A DNA stretch of 61,197 nt, counting the filler, from Sandaracinaceae bacterium (GTDB lineage: Bacteria; Myxococcota_A; Polyangia; Polyangiales; JADJQN01): assembly GCA_947483975.1 (NCBI GenBank). It is 4 parts of 4 records of this genome, joined end to end, with 100 filler letters (N's around TTAATTAATTAA, not from the genome) between each part and the next. Parts side by side here need not be neighbours in the genome. Positions count along the whole stretch, not along the records: positions 15,417 to 30,646 come from CANKOL010000095.1; positions 30,747 to 45,950 come from CANKOL010000096.1; 2 more parts are not named here. One strand, 5' to 3'. The notes beneath the pieces are model-generated. The model did not search any database. It worked only from the letters and a program-made list of their open reading frames with translations, and was not told the origin of the DNA. Each line of letters opens with the position of its first letter. Position 1 is the stretch's first letter. This document shows, one piece after another, positions 22,910 to 31,879 of the stretch. The position numbers and the translations under genes were made by a program.

Positions 22910-24055
22910 ATGGCCGACACCGACGACCGACGCGCGTTCTTCGCCACCGCAGCCAAAGGCACCGAGGGCGCGCTGCGCGACGAGCTACGCGAGCTGCGCC
23001 TGCCCGCCGTCAAAGCCGAGCGCGGCGGCGTGCGCTTCGGCGGCACGCTGCGCGACGCCTACCGCGCCTGCCTCGGCAGCCGCATCGCGGTGCGCGTGCT
23101 GCAAGAGGTCGCGCGCTTCCGCTGCACCGATGGCGACACGCTCTACGAGGGCGTGCGCGAGGCGTATCGCTGGGACGAGGTCCTCGACGTGCGACGCACG
23201 CTCGCCGTCACCTGCGCGCTGAAGAACTCACAGCTCACGCACTCGGCGTTCGTCGCGCAGCGCACCAAGGACGGCATCGTCGATCAGCTGCGCGACACGT
23301 TCGGCGCGCGCCCCGACGTCGACAAGTCGGACCCGGACGTCGCGGTCTTCGTGCATCTCGTCAAGGACGAGGCGACCGTCTACCTCGACGTCAGCGGGGA
23401 CTCCCTGCACCGCCGTGGCTGGCGCGCGAAGGGCCGCGACGCGCCGCTCAAGGAGACGCTCGCCGCGTCGATCCTGCGCCTCGCGGGCTGGGACCGCGTA
23501 CGCCCGCTCGCCGATCCGATGTGTGGCTCGGGCACGCTCGCGATCGAGGGCGCGCAGTGGGCGCGCCGCATCGCGCCGGGGCTCGCGCGCGAGTGCTTCG
23601 GCGCCGAGCGCTGGGCGTCGCACGACGCGACGCAGGCGAACGTGATCGACGCGCTGCGCGAGGACTTCCGCGCCTGCATCCTCCCCGCGAGCGAGTCGCC
23701 CGACGTGCTCGCGACGGACCTCGACGCGCGCGCGGTCGCGCAGACGAAGGAGAACGCGCGGCTCGCCGGCGTCCCGGAGATTCAGGTGATGCAGCAGGAC
23801 ATCGCGGAGCTCGGCCCCGCGGAGCCTGCGGGTCACGTCATCGTCAACCCTCCCTACGGCATCCGCCTCGCCGCGGGGGACGCGCTGATCGAGCGCATGG
23901 CCTACGCCTTCCGCACGCTGCCTGGGCACCGCATCAGCGCGATCTGCGCGGACGACGCGCTCGTGCGCGGGCTCAAGCCGCTCAAGCCGTCCCAAGAGCA
24001 CGCGCTCTGGAACGGCGACCTCGAGTGTCGGCTGTTCTCCTGGGACATCGCCTGA
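22910..24055 (+). CDS. THUMP-domain class I RNA methyltransferase (RlmL-like, 23S rRNA G2445)
   Basis: SLHRRGWR, APLKETLAA, DPMCGSGT, NPPYG. Confidence 0.88.
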   Translation: MADTDDRRAFFATAAKGTEGALRDELRELRLPAVKAERGGVRFGGTLRDAYRACLGSRIAVRVLQEVARFRCTDGDTLYEGVREAYRWDEVLDVRRTLAVTCALKNSQLTHSAFVAQRTKDGIVDQLRDTFGARPDVDKSDPDVAVFVHLVKDEATVYLDVSGDSLHRRGWRAKGRDAPLKETLAASILRLAGWDRVRPLADPMCGSGTLAIEGAQWARRIAPGLARECFGAERWASHDATQANVIDALREDFRACILPASESPDVLATDLDARAVAQTKENARLAGVPEIQVMQQDIAELGPAEPAGHVIVNPPYGIRLAAGDALIERMAYAFRTLPGHRISAICADDALVRGLKPLKPSQEHALWNGDLECRLFSWDIA

Positions 24056-24094
24056 GCGGGGCTCAGGCCCCGTAGAAGACTCGACGGGCGGAGC

Positions 24095-25138
24095 TCAGGA
24101 GCCGCAGGCCGGGGCGGGCCTCTGCGGAGGGCGAGGCGCCGCTCCAGGCGACCGACCCGCGCCGACCGGCATCCCCGGGCGCAGCAGCCACGGGGCGATG
24201 TCCACGCGCTCACCGATCACGCCCTCGCGCGCGAAGAAATCGAGCTGCGCCTGCAGCAGCTCCGCGTCGACCTCGTCGGAGGTCAGGTAGCGCGGGCGCC
24301 CGAGGCCGTCGTCCGAGAGCTTGCAGTCCCTCGGGAGATACGCCGCCGCGTCGCGCCGCGCGCCCCGCTCGTCCGCGCGCACCTGCCGCACGGCCTCGTC
24401 GAGCGCAGCGACCACGCGGCGCACGGTGCCCGGCTCATCGGCGACGAAGTGCGAGTCGAACACGAAGCTCCCGAACAGAAACGGGCTGCCGAGCTCCGAC
24501 GGCAGCAGCGGTCGGTCACCAAAGAGATAGGCGACCTCCGCGCGCAGCGCCGCCGTCGCCGCCGGGTCGTTCGTGAAGACCGCGTCGATCTTCCCCGAGC
24601 GCAGCGCCTCGACGGTGTCGGTCGGGAGCACATCGCAGCCGCTGACGAGGCGGTCGAGCGGCACCTCGAGCGACGCGCAGGTGCTCATGCACTGGCAGGT
24701 CTTGTCGAGCACGACCTGGTGATAGCCGAGACCGCGCCGCTTGCAGAGGAGCTTCAGCCACTCGCGGTACGCCTTCGTCGGGAGCGTGCCGACGCGACGC
24801 CCGGCGAGGTCGTCGAGCGTGCGGATCTCGACGCCCTTGCGGACGAGCAGGAACGAGATCGGGTGCTCGAGGTCCTCGACGACGGCGCCCGCGTAGAAGA
24901 ACGGACGCGCGCGCGCGTGCCGGTGGAGCGCGATCGGCAGCGCGATGATGCCGCCGCAGGGGACCGCGGCGCCGTCGATGATCTCGTCGACGACGGGGTG
25001 CGCCGTCGGGTAGCCGCGCATCGTCACGCGCAGCCCCTGGTCAGCGAAGAGCCCGCGGGCGTCGGCGACGAAGAGCGGCAGCGAGATGCCGAGCGCGCTG
25101 TAGCCGATGGTCAGCGTCGAGGTGTCGGAGGTGGACAT
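24095..25138 (-). CDS. SsuA/NMT1-like substrate-binding-fold protein, no evident signal peptide
   Basis: LPLFVADARGLFADQGL, IRTLDDLAGRRVG, ALRSGKIDAVF, VVAALDEAV; Cys-rich insertion. Confidence 0.75.
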   Translation of the reverse strand: MSTSDTSTLTIGYSALGISLPLFVADARGLFADQGLRVTMRGYPTAHPVVDEIIDGAAVPCGGIIALPIALHRHARARPFFYAGAVVEDLEHPISFLLVRKGVEIRTLDDLAGRRVGTLPTKAYREWLKLLCKRRGLGYHQVVLDKTCQCMSTCASLEVPLDRLVSGCDVLPTDTVEALRSGKIDAVFTNDPAATAALRAEVAYLFGDRPLLPSELGSPFLFGSFVFDSHFVADEPGTVRRVVAALDEAVRQVRADERGARRDAAAYLPRDCKLSDDGLGRPRYLTSDEVDAELLQAQLDFFAREGVIGERVDIAPWLLRPGMPVGAGRSPGAAPRPPQRPAPACGS

Positions 25139-25241
25139 CCGCCGATTGTGAAGTTCCACAAGCTCTCTAGGCAAGGTGATTGCGCGAGATCAACTTCCAT
25201 TCCTGGGGGGCCCCTACGGTCGCAGTCGGAGGGCGAGACCA

Positions 25242-27431
25242 ATGCACGTCGCGCTGATCGGGGCTGAGCTCGAGGAGAATCTGGCGGTGCGGTACCTGCG
25301 AGGCGCGCTCGAGGACGCCGGGCACCAGGTCACGCAGATCGTGTTCGACAGCCCCGCGGACCTCGACCGCGCCGCGGCGGAGCTAGCGAGCTCGCGCGCG
25401 CCGCTCGCCGGGATGTCGATGGTGTTCACGCGCCGGGCGCTCGAGTTCGTCGAGCTGAGCCAGCGAGCGCGGGCGCTCGGGTACGCGGGGCACATCACGG
25501 CGGGCGGGCACTTCGCGGCGTTCAACGCGGAGTCGCTCGTGCGCGATGTGCCGACGCTCGACTCCATCGCCATCGGCGAGGGCGAGGCGATCCTGCTGTC
25601 GCTCGCCGCGCACCTCGAGGACCTCGGCGCCGTCGAGGGGCTGGTGTGGCGAGACGCGGACGGCTGCCCGCGCCGCAACGCCGCCGCCTGCAAGCTCGCG
25701 GACCTCGACGCGCTCCCCTGGCCGACGCGCAAGCTGCCGTACTTCCGCTATCTCGGGCTGCCGATCGTCAACATGCTCGGCTCGCGCGGCTGCTCGTATC
25801 ACTGCGACTTCTGCTCGATCACCGCGTGGCACAAGATGAACGGCGGCGCGCGCCTGCGGATGCGGGCGCCCGAGTGCGTCGCCGAGGAGATGGCCGCGCT
25901 CTACGACGACGGCGTGCGCATCTTCAATTTCCACGACGACAATTTCCTGCTGCCGAACCGCCGCCTGACGCTCGAGCGCCTCGACCGGCTCGAGGCTGCG
26001 CTCCTCGCGCGCGGCGTGGGGCGCATCGCCTTCGCCATCAAGGCGCGCCCCGACGAGGTCGACCGCGAGCTCTTCGCGCGGCTGAAGCGGATGGGCCTGT
26101 TCCGCGTGTTCCTCGGCGTCGAGGCGGGCTCGGCGGAGTCGCTGATTCGCCTCGGGCGCGGGCAGCTCCTCGCGGACAACGAGCGCGCGCTCGAGATCGT
26201 CAACGAGCTCGACATTCACGCGTGCTTCAACCTGCTGCTGTGGAACCCGGACTCCACGCTCGAGGACGTCGCGCACAACGTCGCCTTCCTCGGCACGCAC
26301 GCGCGCAATCCGATGAATTTCTGCCGCACGGAGGTGTACGCGGGCACGCCGCTCGAGGCGCGGCTCCGCGAGCGCGGCGCACTGATCGGCAGCTACTGGG
26401 GCTGGGACTACCGGATGACGGATGCGCGCGCGGAGGCGTCGTTCGAGATCGCGCTCGCCGCGTTCGAGCAGCGCAACTACGGCGCTGAGAGCGTGCATCA
26501 CTGGTCGATGCGCCTCGACTACGAGGTGCAGCTGCTCGGGCACTTCTTCACCGCCGACGAGCGCCTGCAGCGGCGGGTGAAGGCGTTCGTCGTGGAGGTG
26601 AACCTCGACACCTGCGCACACCTGACCACGATCGTGCGCGCCATCGACGCGGGGCTCGGCGACCGGGACGCCTTCACGCGGCAGATGATCGAGACGGTGC
26701 ACGCGCGCGACCGGGAGCTCGACGCGCTCGCGCAGGACATCCTCGACGACATCCACGACGCGGTGCAGCGACGACCGCTGCGCGGCGCCTGGGCGCAGCG
26801 CGCTGCGGCGGCGGGGCTCGCGGCGACGCTCTCGCTCGGCACCGCCGGCTGCCCGGCGGACAACCACCCGGCGACCTACCCGACGGAGACGATCCCCGTC
26901 CCGACGCTGCCCATCGTGCCGCCGAAGCCGCAGCCGGTCCCGACGGGCGTCGAGCTGATCCCCATCGCGCCGCAGCCCCCGGGGAGCGCTCCGCTCGGCG
27001 CGCCCGCCGCGCTTCGACCGGCGTTCGACGCGGCGGTCCTCCCGTGGCTCGCCGCCCGCGTGCGCCCTGCGCGTGACGTGACCGTGGCGCTCGAAACCGA
27101 CGCGACGGGCCACGTCGTCACGGCAGACCTGCAATCCGACGGGCTGACGGCAGCGCTCCGCGAGCGCTTGCTGCGGCGCATCCAGGCCGAGACCTTCACC
27201 GGCGCAGACGTCGTCGGGCACCGGTTCACGCTCTTGCTCACGGCCGCCGAGCTGACCGCGGCGCTGCCGCCGACGCATAGGAGCGAGCGCGCGCCGTATC
27301 CGACGCACCCGAGCGAGATGATCGCGCCGCCGCACATGGCCGAGGCCGCGCCGCGCCCGCAGCGTCCGCCCGACAACGGCTACATCTCGGAGATGGCGCC
27401 GATGCCGCCGAAGGGCAGCGGCAAGCGATAG
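25242..27431 (+). CDS. Cobalamin-binding radical SAM protein with long C-terminal extension (internal lipobox, repeated H/YxxE motifs)
   Basis: B12-binding signature GGHF...DSIAIGEGE; SRGCSYHCDFC cluster motif; FHDDNF; LGVEAGS; GTPL; GGAGG RBS at 25228-25232. Confidence 0.9.
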   Translation: MHVALIGAELEENLAVRYLRGALEDAGHQVTQIVFDSPADLDRAAAELASSRAPLAGMSMVFTRRALEFVELSQRARALGYAGHITAGGHFAAFNAESLVRDVPTLDSIAIGEGEAILLSLAAHLEDLGAVEGLVWRDADGCPRRNAAACKLADLDALPWPTRKLPYFRYLGLPIVNMLGSRGCSYHCDFCSITAWHKMNGGARLRMRAPECVAEEMAALYDDGVRIFNFHDDNFLLPNRRLTLERLDRLEAALLARGVGRIAFAIKARPDEVDRELFARLKRMGLFRVFLGVEAGSAESLIRLGRGQLLADNERALEIVNELDIHACFNLLLWNPDSTLEDVAHNVAFLGTHARNPMNFCRTEVYAGTPLEARLRERGALIGSYWGWDYRMTDARAEASFEIALAAFEQRNYGAESVHHWSMRLDYEVQLLGHFFTADERLQRRVKAFVVEVNLDTCAHLTTIVRAIDAGLGDRDAFTRQMIETVHARDRELDALAQDILDDIHDAVQRRPLRGAWAQRAAAAGLAATLSLGTAGCPADNHPATYPTETIPVPTLPIVPPKPQPVPTGVELIPIAPQPPGSAPLGAPAALRPAFDAAVLPWLAARVRPARDVTVALETDATGHVVTADLQSDGLTAALRERLLRRIQAETFTGADVVGHRFTLLLTAAELTAALPPTHRSERAPYPTHPSEMIAPPHMAEAAPRPQRPPDNGYISEMAPMPPKGSGKR

Positions 27432-27533
27432 CCGCCGACGCGCGCTCGTCACGCGCGCTGCCGGACTGTGACCAAGTCGTGGCGGGCAGCCGCGCGCGCG
27501 GAGGACCAAGGTATTGGCGAGTGAGGTGGATGC

Positions 27534-28955
27534 ATGGAGAGCCTGGTTGTTCTCTCAGATGTGCATCTCGGAAGTGACCTCGGGGTCCCGGGCGCGGTCG
27601 CGCCTGCGCGGTCGGTGCAGATCGACGACGACCTCTGCCGCCTGATCGATCACTACCGCTCGACGGAGCCCAACGGCGAGCGCTGGCGCCTCGTCGTCGC
27701 GGGCGATTTCATCGACTTCGTCGGGATGACGCTCCCGACGGACGCGCCCGGCACGGAGACGGCGCCCAACGAGGAGGAGCTGCTCCACGGGCTCGGCAAC
27801 GCCGAGGACCACGCCGTCGCCAAGATGCACGCGGTCGCCGTGCGGCACCGCGAGATCTTCGCCGCGCTCGGGCGCTTCGTCGCCGAGGGGCACGCGATCA
27901 CCTTCATTCGCGGCAATCACGACGTGGAGCTGCACTGGGCGCTCGTGCGGGCTGAGCTGACGCGCACCATCGTCGAGCACGCCCGCGCTTGGTCCGAGGC
28001 CCCCGCGGCGCACGGCGGGCGCGCCCTCCCCTTCGACGCCGCGGCCATCGCCGCGCGCATCGAGGACGCCCCGTGGTTCCTGAACGTGGAGGGCGTCGCC
28101 TACATCGAGCACGGGCACCAATACGACCCGTTCTGCTCCGTCGATCACGTGCTCTCCCCGCGACGCGCGCTCGACCCGCGCCGCATCGCGCGGGGGTTCA
28201 CCGACGTGCTCCTGCGCTTCGTCGTGCGACGCACTCCGGGGGTGCCGGAGTACGGGCACGAGACGATGGGTGTGATCGACTACGTGCGCATGGCCGCGCG
28301 CCTCGGGCCGAGCGGGATGTGGCTGCTCTTCGTGCGCTTCGTCCGCGCGATCCGCGAGCTCTTTCATCTGCGCACGGAGTACGCCTCCGACGCGGCGCGC
28401 CGCCTCGCCGCGGAGCACGACCTGATGCTCGCGAAGTTTGCGGCAGCGCGGCGCATGGGCGCGGAGAAGCTGCGCGCGCTCTGTGCGCTGCAGGTCGCGC
28501 CGATCACGCGCACGGCGGCGGGCATCCTCGCGAGCCTGCTGCTCGATCAGATCGCGGTCGGCACGCTCGGGCTGCTCTTGCTCACCGTGTTCGGCGTGCT
28601 GTCTTATTTCTACCCGAGCTTTCTCTGGGGAGACGGCGTCGTCCTCGCGGCGTGGCTCGGCGCGTTCTTCTGGCTGCGCAGGCTCCGCAAGATCGACCCC
28701 GACATCGAGCTTGGGCTGCGGGCAGGCGCGCTCGCGCGGCTCTTCTCTGCGCCCTTCGTCGTCATGGGGCACACGCACGTCCCGCGTCGGCAGCTCGTCG
28801 CGGGGGGCGCGACGTACGTGAACCTCGGGTCGTGGTCGGAGTCCGTCGGGCAGATCGCGACGCGCACGCACCTCGTGATTCAGGGCGCGCCGGGCGCGGT
28901 GCGCGCGGAGCTGCGCTCGTGGTCGTCGGTGCTCGGTCCGCGCGTGTTCAGCTGA
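27534..28955 (+). CDS. Calcineurin-like metallophosphoesterase with two predicted TM helices
   Basis: SDVHLG, GDFID, GNHD, EHGH, GHTH. Confidence 0.85.
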   Translation: MESLVVLSDVHLGSDLGVPGAVAPARSVQIDDDLCRLIDHYRSTEPNGERWRLVVAGDFIDFVGMTLPTDAPGTETAPNEEELLHGLGNAEDHAVAKMHAVAVRHREIFAALGRFVAEGHAITFIRGNHDVELHWALVRAELTRTIVEHARAWSEAPAAHGGRALPFDAAAIAARIEDAPWFLNVEGVAYIEHGHQYDPFCSVDHVLSPRRALDPRRIARGFTDVLLRFVVRRTPGVPEYGHETMGVIDYVRMAARLGPSGMWLLFVRFVRAIRELFHLRTEYASDAARRLAAEHDLMLAKFAAARRMGAEKLRALCALQVAPITRTAAGILASLLLDQIAVGTLGLLLLTVFGVLSYFYPSFLWGDGVVLAAWLGAFFWLRRLRKIDPDIELGLRAGALARLFSAPFVVMGHTHVPRRQLVAGGATYVNLGSWSESVGQIATRTHLVIQGAPGAVRAELRSWSSVLGPRVFS

Positions 28956-28962
28956 GACGGCG

Positions 28963-29460
28963 TCACGCGCGCGGCGCAGGCCGAAGCAGGCGCCCGAGCA
29001 GCGCGCCCGCGAGCACGAGCGCGAGCGTGAGCACCCAGGCGCGCGGGGCGAACGGCGCGAGCAAGAGGTGGTGCACGACGAGCGCCGGCGCGACGTAGAC
29101 GAGCCGGTGGAGGGGCTTCCAGAGCACGACGCGCGCGCCGCGCACGACGACGGGAAACGACGTCGCGAGCAGCGCAGCGAGGAGCGCCGCGGCGAGCGCG
29201 CCCGAGCGCAGCCAGGGGTTCTCGCGGAGCGCGCTCCAGGGCTCGGGCTGCAGGTAGGTGAACAGCGCGACCGCGCCGTGCGCGAGGGCGAGCGACGCGG
29301 CGACGATCCCGAGCCAGCGGCGGGCTGCGAGCAACCTCGGTCGCGCGGCCCCCCGCGAGGCGCGCAGGCGCACGAGCGGGGTCACGGCGAGCGACGCGGT
29401 GAGCAGGATGGCCGCGAGCCAGCCCGTGCAGCGGAGTCCGAGCGCGACAACCTCGCTCAT
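28963..29460 (-). CDS. Ferric-reductase-like transmembrane protein (MsrQ/YedZ-like)
   Basis: TGWLA..LL..SLAVTP, RRWLG, LAHG, LLATS, WKPLHRLVY...HH; start overlaps upstream stop (ATGA). Confidence 0.8.
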   Translation of the reverse strand: MSEVVALGLRCTGWLAAILLTASLAVTPLVRLRASRGAARPRLLAARRWLGIVAASLALAHGAVALFTYLQPEPWSALRENPWLRSGALAAALLAALLATSFPVVVRGARVVLWKPLHRLVYVAPALVVHHLLLAPFAPRAWVLTLALVLAGALLGRLLRPAPRA

Positions 29461-30646
29461 AGGGACTCCAAGAAGCCGACGAGGTCGTCGAGCGCGGCGC
29501 GGGAGAGGCCGCGCGTGTGGCCGTGTCGGTCGTCGGGATTCTGCTCTTTGAAGATCGCGCGCAGCGAGGTCGCGCGCCCATCTTGGAGCCAGCGCGAGCG
29601 GCGCGACACGGCGCGCAAAGAAGGAGTGTCGAGCGACGCTCCGGGGGCCGAGCGCGCCCGCGGGAACACGGCGCGCGCGAGCTGCGAGCCGAGGTTCGTC
29701 ATCGCCGGCGCCGCGTGACAGGTCGGGCAGCCCGCCCGCACGAACACCGCGAAGCCCCGGCGCTCGCGGGGCAGATCGCGCGGCGCGAGGGAGCGCTGCA
29801 GGGGCAGCGAGGCGATCCACGCGTCGAGCGTCGCGCCTCGATCACCGGCGGGCTCGCGGTAGCCGCGATAGCGAAGCTGCGCGACCTCGAAGAGGTCCCC
29901 CATGCGCGGATAGCTGCCATCGCGCAGGTACGGCGAGGTGCCGCCGATCCCACGCACATCGAGCGTCGGCGCGAGGACTCGCCCGCCGATGTTGTGCGCC
30001 ATCTCGTCGCTGCCAGCGTCCGGGTGACAGCTCTGGCAGCTCACGCCGGAGCGCGTCCCCTCGTAGAACGCGCGCTCACCGAAGCGGCGGCGGAGCGCGT
30101 CCGGGTCGTCGCGCAGCAGCGTCGCGTCGTCGGGCGCGAGGGCGATCGTCGCGCGCAGCGCGCCCGTCGAGGGGTCGAGCACCGCGAGGCGTCCGCTCGA
30201 GGGAGAGGTCGCGACGAGCGCAGGAGTTCCGGTGCGCGGGTCGGTCAGGAGCACGACGGACTGCGGCGCAGAGAGCCCGAGCGCCGCGACGTCGAAGGAC
30301 TGCGGCGCGCCGCCGCGCGGGTCGATGCGGGTGAGCTCGTCGCTGCCCGCGAACGCGACCAGCCACGCGCCGGAGGGCGTCGAGAAGAGGCCGAGCGGGG
30401 AAATTCCGCGGTCCGCGTCGCCCGCGGCGTCCTGCCGGGGGCTCCTCCGCGCGGTGTTGCGCTGCGCGACGAGCGCGAGAGTCTGCGCGTCGAAGGTGAG
30501 GAGTTGGTCCTGCACGTAGTGATTGCCGAGATGCGGGGTGGCGTCCGCGCTCCAGTCCGTCGCGGCGAGCACGACGCGCGCGCCGCCGTCGAGCGCGGTC
30601 AGCGTCAGCGCGGGCGCGAGCAGCGGGCGCTCCTGCGCGAGGCGCA
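29457..30646 (-). CDS. Beta-propeller plus diheme cytochrome c (cytochrome c peroxidase-like) protein, 5'-partial
   Basis: Heme motifs CQSCH and CPTCH; PTLDVRG...PYLRDGS; DTPSLR...WLQDG; HGHT...LVGFLESL. Confidence 0.82.
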
Positions 30647-30746
30647 NNNNNNNNNNNNNNNNNNNNNNNNNNNNNNNNNNNNNNNNNNNNTTAATTAATT
30701 AANNNNNNNNNNNNNNNNNNNNNNNNNNNNNNNNNNNNNNNNNNNN
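30647..30746. other. Artificial contig linker
   Basis: N44-TTAATTAATTAA-N44. Confidence 0.98.
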
Positions 30747-31879
30747 ACGACGCTCCCGCCCGTGCGCGACGCCCAGCTGCGACTCTCGTCCTCGAAGAGA
30801 TGAAACAGCGAGATGTTGTCGCACAGGCCCATCCCCGTGGTCCCAGCGAAGGGCGCGCGCCCCGGCGCCGTGGGCTTGTCGAGCCAGAGTCGCCACACCG
30901 CGAACGGCAGCGTCACCTCGAGCGACTGCACCTGTCGCGCGAAAGCGCGCTCGCGCGCGAGCTGCGGAGAGGCGGCGACGAGCGCCTGCAGCGCGGGCAC
31001 GGTGACCGCCAACACACACGCATCCCCCGCGAACACTCCCGCGCTCGTCTCGACGCGATAACCGCCCTCGTCGGTGCGCGCCACCTGAGCCGCTGAGACC
31101 CCGAGTCGCACGTCCACGCCCAGCTTCGCGAGATGCTCCTCGAAGGGCTTCCAATACGCCGTCGAGAATGGCTCGGTCGCCACGTCGAACACGAGCCCTT
31201 CGGGATTCCCCGTGAAGTAGAAGTGAAACATATGCATCAGCTCGGCTGCGCTGTAGTCGTCCTCTGGATTGAAGAACGAGTGCGCGAACACATCGAAGAG
31301 CATCTGCCGCGCTTCTGGCGGGAAGTTGAGCTTGTCGAGGTACGCCTTCGCGGTCACCCCATCGAGGGAGTCGTAGGTGCGCTGTGCGTCGAAGCGCAGC
31401 ATGGCCAGCGCGGCGAGCGGGTCGATCTGCGGAAAGTCGGCGACGCGCAGCGTCGGGGTCCGCGCGACCAGCGTCAGCAGATTGAGCGGGACGCGCTTCG
31501 GTAGATCGGAGAAGGACTGCGACTTCCCCTCGGGCCCGAGCAACGGATAGTCGTTCAGCGGCCGCAGCTTGCTCAGCCGCGGATCGACCCGCCGCAGCAG
31601 CGCGCGCAGGTTGTAGTACTGCCTGAAGAACGCGTGAAAGCCGCGCTCCATCTCGAACGCCTCGCCGGACTTCAGGTGGTCAGTCCACGCGCCCGCGCGC
31701 CCGCCGAGAAAGCCCTCCTTCTCGACGAGCACGACGCGCACTCCGCGCTCGGCGAGCACGGTCGCCGCGGCGATTCCCGCGATCCCTCCCCCGACGACGA
31801 CGGCGCTCCGCTCGCCGCTGATCCGCCGCTGCGCGCTCGCCCGCCGACTGCCTGCCGCCGACCGGCCCCAGAGGTTCAA
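30747..31879 (-). CDS. crtU: FAD-dependent carotenoid oxidoreductase, isorenieratene synthase (CrtU)-like, 3'-partial
   Basis: GGGIAG FAD motif; RGFHAFFRQYYNLR motif recalled from actinobacterial CrtU; TTG start overlaps upstream stop; in crt operon. Confidence 0.72.

Noticed and set aside
29457..31879. crtU running into the diheme cytochrome gene on the same strand
   Set aside because: Separated by the linker at 30647-30746; no evidence of real adjacency
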